Below the pieces are notes generated by a model. The model was not told the origin of the DNA, made no database searches, and was given only the letters and a program-made list of their open reading frames with translations. From Macrostomum lignano (taxonomy: Eukaryota), in assembly GCA_002269645.1 (NCBI GenBank), contig NIVC01003566.1, forward strand, positions 35,550 through 99,549: DNA of 64,000 nucleotides, read 5' to 3'. This document shows positions 57,409 through 64,000 of the stretch, one piece after another. Both the position numbers and the translations under genes were made by a program. Each line of letters begins with the position of its first letter. The stretch's first letter is position 1.

Positions 57409-58333
57409 GTGTTCAAGCATTTGAATGACCATGAAAAATCTTTGCTCCAAAAAGGCAACTCACTCAAAGTTAAAGAAGTTAAAAGCCAAGTAGAATGTGT
57501 AGTCATGCATTGTGGCTTGATTGACTTGTGTGGGAAGGCCAGTATTTCTATTAAAGATCTTGTTGAGCATGGCAATGATAACCGATGCCATACTAAATAA
57601 GCTTGATAAACAAGAGAGCCGCGCCCAACTTTTGGACGTAGCTGATTGGGACCCTGATATTGATGCTGAAGAATATGAAGAAGAAATTGCAAGTGGTGAA
57701 AGCAGCCAATCTGCCTTTAATGAGGAAGCTGAGGTGGCTAAAGCGAATCCTGGATTCAAACTAACGTCTCAATCATCATCTTCTAGCTCTACTATGTTGC
57801 GCAATGAGATGCAAAAGCTGCAATTGTACAAGAGGGCTTTTGCATCTGCTTCACATTCACAGCCAGCAAGGAAAAAGCCTCAAACTGACCATTCTTATCA
57901 TCTGGGCAGCAAGAATGCTGATCATAGAAGACAAATTATTCAGTTGGCACCATCAGCATAGGGCAATAGCCATTTTCCTAGTTCACCTAGTGTAAGTCGT
58001 TATGTTTGTGCTGGTCAGGAAAATCTGCCAAGGCAAGCATCACCATCAATGCTGAGTAAGTCTGACCAAGCCACTCTTTAGGTCTTGCTTGAAACTAGGC
58101 TGCAGACTTCTCTACTAAAGAAGTTGGCCAAGTTGATTGAAGAAATGAATCAATTGCTTCAAAATCTGGGCACTTCACGGCCACGCTCTGAAGGCTTAAA
58201 TCCAGACCAAATTGATTCTTTCTTTGGCACATTTGATGGCAAGCAGTGCAGTCTCTCCAGTCTAAATCAATCTAGCCCAATTTTTTTTGCTTGTGACTTT
58301 GTGTGGTATCAATTTAAATTTATCAGTATCTAA
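57409..58333 (+). pseudogene. Decayed coding sequence, possibly retroelement ORF1/gag-like
   Basis: One frame is open 57521-58333 except two TAGs (57959-61, 58079-81). An upstream 63-aa piece (57409-57600) lies in another frame. Protein-like acidic/coiled-coil composition; no clean splice model. Confidence 0.3.
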
Positions 58334-59467
58334 AAGACAAAATAATTGACCCTAATAAGACATTGAAGCGGGTGAAGCTGCATGATGCTGCAAAAGAGGA
58401 AATAATCACAGCACTAGACAACTTCTAGGCCACTAACTACAGCTGGCGTTTGGTGAAGAGCTCCTTAAACCAGATGTTTTGCAATCTGAAATAGATTTTA
58501 TAGACTGTATGCTTGTATGATCCTAGACTTTTCAAAATGTCATCTTTTAGGTTCTTTATAGTTCTTTTGGTTGAAACACAGCCCCAGTTCTTACTAAATT
58601 TAAGTAATTTTTTATGGCTGCATAACTTTTTTATTCTTATTTTTTGTTCTTTATAACTGTGTCATGACTTGCATTGTTTGCATATTATTTCTGTTTTTAA
58701 GTTCCACTAAGCGAAAATTACAATTCCTTATTTTGTGGCTATTAATTTTGCATCATTATGGTAAAAATAATGTTAGCTAAAATTCACATTTTCAGCTCAC
58801 AATTTGTGATGTCTAAGGATGAGGTTTCTGATCTGAGCTTAGTGCTTGAGTCAATTGCCAAAGATTTATTTGAAGATGAATCTATTTCTGAGGCTTCAAC
58901 ACACAGTAGTACTGTTAAACAATGAAATTGCTCTAATTTATGTTTCTGCTTTAATTTGCCCATGTGTGACTTTATCTCTACCTTTTTGAACAAAAGTTAT
59001 ACAGTTGTCTCACCAGTGGACTTTTTTGCTGAGTACCACTAGGTTTCCTTCTTGCAGATGTGACATGTTTTTCATTTCCCTAACATACATTGTCTGCTTT
59101 CATTTTTTTCTTTACTTTGATTTGCTTTATTTTTCCTATTATCAATCAACTATACTAAAAGTGAAATTTCTGTGGGATTGATTTTAGCAATGCACCATTT
59201 GATTACAACTTCTCTTGAATTGGCACATAATTATTGCCAATCTAACTGGGGGATTATTGCAAACCAGAATTGGGGTTATTGCGACTGCGAGCCTGTAATG
59301 CAATATCAAATTATTGGCTGGTGCAATATCATTTCATTTTGAGATACTGGCATACTAATTAAGCAAGCTAGCTTTTTCTATGTAAAACATGATTGTAGGT
59401 TTTTTGCTCTCTATGCAATATGTTAGCCACTGCGAAAATTTTACCATTTGCAGATAATAATAATGTC

Positions 59468-59760
59468 CATACATGCGCAACAGTCGGCCAAGTCGGCCGA
59501 TCCGGCTGACCAATTTAACGGCCAACCAAGGAAGTCGCAAAAATGCCCACCCAAAAAATTCCTAAGTAGTACTAAGTAGCTAACGAGGCATTTTGGCTTA
59601 ATAAGACAGTCATAGTTACTCCTGTCGTTTACCCAAAGTTGTGTTAAATTTGCTTTACGGTTTTTCACATGTAAGTCGCATTTTTGGCCAAAAACTATGT
59701 CGCATTTTGTTAAAAACTAAGTCGCACGGCCGACCAAATTTTGGAGGTTGCGCATGTATG
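59468..59760. mobile_element. 293-bp MITE with 14-bp TIR CATACATGCGCAAC and 8-bp TSD
   Basis: TIRs at both ends; ATAATGTC duplicated at 59460-59467 and 59761-59768. Confidence 0.9.
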
Positions 59761-60101
59761 ATAATGTCTAGTGCGTAGTACCATCTTAATAGTAGAAAAT
59801 CGATTGCAATAACACGTACTTGCATTGTACTGCATAATGTTTCCTATGTTACTTCTTTAATGTTAACTCAATGTCTGTGTTTTGAAATTAGGATTAATAT
59901 AAATTCTCACTTAACTATTTACTATATGTACTGATGTTTAGAAATTTGGGCTTTATACTTGTAGTTCTGAAGTACATTATAGTTAAATTTTGGATTAAAA
60001 AAATTACATAAATTGTAAAAATTAAAATTTCTTACAGAAAGCAAATTATGAAAATTATAATTAAATTAGTCAAAATTGAAAAATTACATTTTATTGGACT
60101 A

Positions 60102-60272
60102 CATGCTTGGGCGCAACCTTGGGATTCACTCGGCCGTTTCTATTGGCAACACACACATGTAAGTCGCTATTGGACGGAATAGTAGTCACGTGACTGCTCT
60201 CAGCCAATAGCGACTTACATGCGTGTGTTGCCAATAGAAACGGCCGGTGATTCCCAAAGTTGCGCATGTATG
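60102..60272. mobile_element. 171-bp palindromic MITE with related TIR and 8-bp TSD
   Basis: TTGGACTA at 60094-60101 and 60273-60280. The element folds back on itself around GTCACGTGAC; right end GTTGCGCATGTATG is identical to the 59468 element. Confidence 0.85.
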
Positions 60273-60365
60273 TTGGACTATAATAAATTGTAAGAATTGC
60301 ATAATTTTTACACAATTTTTCATCTAATTTTTTGCAATTTTGACAATTTTTGTCTACTAGTATAG

Positions 60366-61049
60366 TAGAGCTGTCAAAATTAGAGATTTTATTCGAGACG
60401 AGATTAGAGACGAGAAAGGCTTATAAGTCGAGAATTTCGAGATGAGACAAGACAAAGTAAATCTAAAAAATATATTTCAGAATTGCATCTTGTCTTGCTC
60501 TTATCTTGCCTTATCTTGTCTTAAATTTCTTGATAAGATCCAATTCTAAAATATATTTTTTAGATTTTCCAGAATATTTTCTTAATTCTAGTTTAAATTC
60601 TTTGCTATTTATTCATAAGAATTTATGCTTGTAGCATATAGGCCCTTGGCCCTACTATGTCTATTACTAATTTGTCAAAAGACCTGTGTAGATTGTCTTC
60701 AAGTCTGCTATGATACACCTTGCTGTAGAACTGAAATGATAACTAAAAGAGTGCATATGCAATGCAAACTCGTATATAATGATGTTCATTAAATAACTGC
60801 TCGACATTGGCTAGATTTTACCATTTGAAAATTGCCCTATCAAGCATGTTACAACAAACAGTTGTATTTATATGAAAATTTGCTCCCCTTTTTATATCTT
60901 ATCACTTAAAAGCTTTTGAAAAAAGGTATTAGAAAAATTCTTGAATCTTGTCTCAAATTTCTTGACAAAATTCGAGATTTCTTGAGATGAGAAAAAATGT
61001 CGAGATCTTGTCTTGAATCTTGTCTTGTCGAGATCTTGTGACAGCTCTA
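60366..61049. mobile_element. 684-bp hAT-like non-autonomous element
   Basis: 11-bp TIR TAGAGCTGTCA/TGACAGCTCTA; TSD TAGTATAG at 60358-60365 and 61050-61057; subterminal GAGAC(G/A)AG repeats. Confidence 0.88.
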
Positions 61050-61560
61050 TAGTATAGTAGCATGCAGATTTGTTAAGTGCTATGATTTGCATTGTTCACT
61101 GGGCCTAATTATTTGTGTTTGGTATGCATAGCCTAAATAAAAAAATTGTTCCAAAGACGAAGTAGTAATTATGTATGTTTGAACTAATAAAAGTCCATTT
61201 ACTGCAGACCGCAAAAATTCTAGGACCCATATCCAATTTGTCTGCAAGAAAAAGTTGTTTTGTCTGCCAGTAGACAAAAAAGCAACAGATGAAATAATCT
61301 GCACACCTCAAAATTATTAAGGGTCTTGGAAGTAGAGGGAGTGATTGACTGTCACTCTATCAAATAGTTGGCCAAAGTGTTGTATATAGGCCTATGATAC
61401 CCATGCTAAAATGCATTTTACATGTAAAAACAAACTAGAATGAGAAACTATGAAAGAGATTGCCTATGGCTCATATAACAATACAATATTATTAAATAGG
61501 CCCTATATATAAAATATAATATATTGAACTATTAATATGTTTGCCTTAATAAACATAGCT

Positions 61561-61841
61561 CGTATATGCGCAACTGCTGGCCGAACTGGCCGATCCAGCC
61601 ACCGTAAATTGTGGTAGACCAGGGGTAAGTCGCAAAAATGCCCATCCCAAAGAATATAGATACAGATATAGTACTAATTAGATGACAAGGCATTTAGCCC
61701 TTATAAAACAGTTATAGTTACTTCTGATGTTTACCCAAAATTGTGTTAATTTTGCTTTAGGGTTTTTTTCACAGGTAAGTCACATTTTTGGTCAAAAAGT
61801 AAGTTGCATGGCCAGTGTAAATCAGGGGTTGTGCATGTATG
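61561..61841. mobile_element. Diverged second copy of the 59468-59760 MITE
   Basis: Colinear internal similarity (AAGTCGCAAAAATGCCCA, TTTACCCAAA.TTGTGTTAA) with degenerate TIRs; TSD not preserved. Confidence 0.8.
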
Positions 61842-64000
61842 TTAATAAAGATGACTAGCAAACAAAAGGCTAGGACCCTATTGGAATAAGTTTTCAGACA
61901 CTGTGGACAGTGCATCTAGTGCGCCATGGCAATCATAAAGTGGCCTGGACGGTGCGTCATGACAATCTTCAAATCCTAAGGTGGTATGGACGATGTGTCA
62001 TTCAATCTTCAAATCCTAGGGTACCATAGCACTCTAGGTTTAGGTGATATTGTGCATGACTCCAGTCTCTATCATGTTCATTCTGATGATGCATCACTCG
62101 TTTTTGAGAGATTTAAAGAGATTGAGAGAAAGTTGTGTGTTTTACCGCACTTGTGTTTTACTGCACTCTGTTCTGTACTGTACTTCTGCCCCTTCTGTTG
62201 TAGTTGTATCTATTTCTTAATTCTTAGTCTACTCGTCTTTTGACTTACAAAGTTACATTGTTGGTCTATTCAAAGAAAAATAAATAATGTAAATAGTGTG
62301 GCAATTGCATCAGTGAGTACTTAAAATAATTACGAACACTGAAACCCTTTACTTCAATTTGGCTAATCGGTTAATACAAAATGAAGAAACTCCGTGATGA
62401 ACAACACAGAGTTCACGAACAAACAAAATTGTCTTTGCCTTATCCACACACTTTTCAGTAGTAGTTGTAGCACTTTGGCTTGGGTCGGGTTATCAAATCT
62501 GATAACTATTTAGCATGGTGTTTCGAAGAATATTTTCACATTTAAATGTCAGCATAAATAAATGTATGCGCAACCAATCAAAAAGATAATTAAACAAAGC
62601 AGAAAATTTGTTGAGACTTTAATAGAATTTAGTTTACTTTTATTTCTTGCAACTGCGTTATAAGAGAACATTAAGAGCAATTAGCATTTGCACTATGTTA
62701 TAATGTTTATGAGGCAATAAAGAACATTTCTGCTGGCGATCTTTCACTACAATTTCCAATTTTACGATTAACTTGCATGCATATTCTAGATGACACAGCA
62801 ATCAATACATATGATAGGAGATATGCTATACTATAGCCATAGCAATATTATCAAAGTTATAGAAATTAGAAAAACAAGTTTTACTTACAGTTTGCTGAAT
62901 TTCCACCGTGCTGCTGACTTTCTCCTGTGCATGCTTCTCATCCTTGTTTAGCAGCGCTGTATGTAGCGCGTGATGTCCTCCTTGCATCTTACCTGTGAGC
63001 TGCTGTTGCGTCATGGCGCATGGCGCGCGTAGCGCGCCATGCGCCATGACTGTGAGGAAAAAGAAAAAGTGCGCCGGACGCCGTCCCGAAAAATACCACT
63101 TATTCCAATAGGGGGCTAGGAGAGTTATTAGGCCCTAATTATTAATCATATATAAGTTCTTAGTTTATAGCCAACTAGAAATTTATATACAATTTTTTCA
63201 ATTATTTTCATCCTCTCCTTTCCTATCTTTCTTTCTTCTCCTCTCTTTTCTTTTTCATTCTTTTTCTATATTCCCTTGCCTTTCTTCTTCTATCTTTTCT
63301 ACCTAGTAGTACAGCTAATAGCCTAGGCCTTATCTTCTTTATTTCCTTTGACCATCTCCTCTCCCCCTCCTCTGCCCACAGTCATGCACATGCACAATGC
63401 AATGCAATGCAATGCACTAGCCTACCCACTACCCTTAGAGATTATTTATCTAGCCATTGAGGCAAAAAAGTTTGCTAACTCCTGATGTAACAGAATTATA
63501 AAATAGGTTTCTGAAACTAAAGAGTCCAGCTGTGCTATTCTAATTTTTTTATTAGGCACAGGACAGTACCTACATCATACACAACACCTATAGCTATGCC
63601 TATATCATATATAAGTTCTTAGTTTAGTTTAGGTACATAGGCCTAGCATAAGATAGATTGATAGAATACTAATTTTCTAAACGAAAAGCTTTATATGATA
63701 ATTAAAATATCAAAAGATGAACACTGGGTCTCATTGAAGTCATTTTTATCAAAATAAATAAATGACTATTTTTTACTGAAAAATGAAACATCCTGTTTCC
63801 ATACTGTATTTTTCGTTAAGACGCAAGTTGCCTCCTAAAATTTTCCCAAGAACGTAATAGTACTAAGTAGTACTTGCCGTATTTGTATTGGTAATTAAAA
63901 GAATGTTTTCAAGGTTTTGATTTTAAATTTTGACTTTGAACAAATACATTATAAAAATACTTTGCCAACGTGCTCAGTTTCACCACTTAAGACACTAAAG

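Overview
This is eukaryotic (metazoan) genomic DNA with spliceosomal introns, not prokaryotic. GC-rich exons, AT-rich intergenic DNA, minisatellite-filled introns and unpaired splice acceptors just upstream of start codons suggest a free-living flatworm such as Macrostomum (inference, not verified). I reconstructed six multi-exon genes by hand from splice sites, reading-frame phase and remembered homology: IFT81 (-), SNRK (+), GCN1 (+, 22 exons), NT5C2/cN-II (-), an ISG20L2/AEN-like DEDDh exonuclease (-) and ERCC1 (-). There is also a decayed ORF near 57.4-58.3 kb. Most long ORFs in the supplied track are translations of intronic tandem repeats. Main points of interest: (1) one in-frame TAG inside an otherwise intact NT5C2; (2) an operon-like, possibly SL-trans-spliced ERCC1 > exonuclease > NT5C2 cluster; (3) an ~59-copy minisatellite built from the Pol III A-box of a tRNA-derived SINE; (4) reverse-complementary arrays in GCN1 introns 5 and 9 flanking a frame-preserving exon block; (5) a GC-AG intron; (6) several non-autonomous DNA transposons with exact 8-bp target-site duplications. 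Repeat boundaries are approximate.
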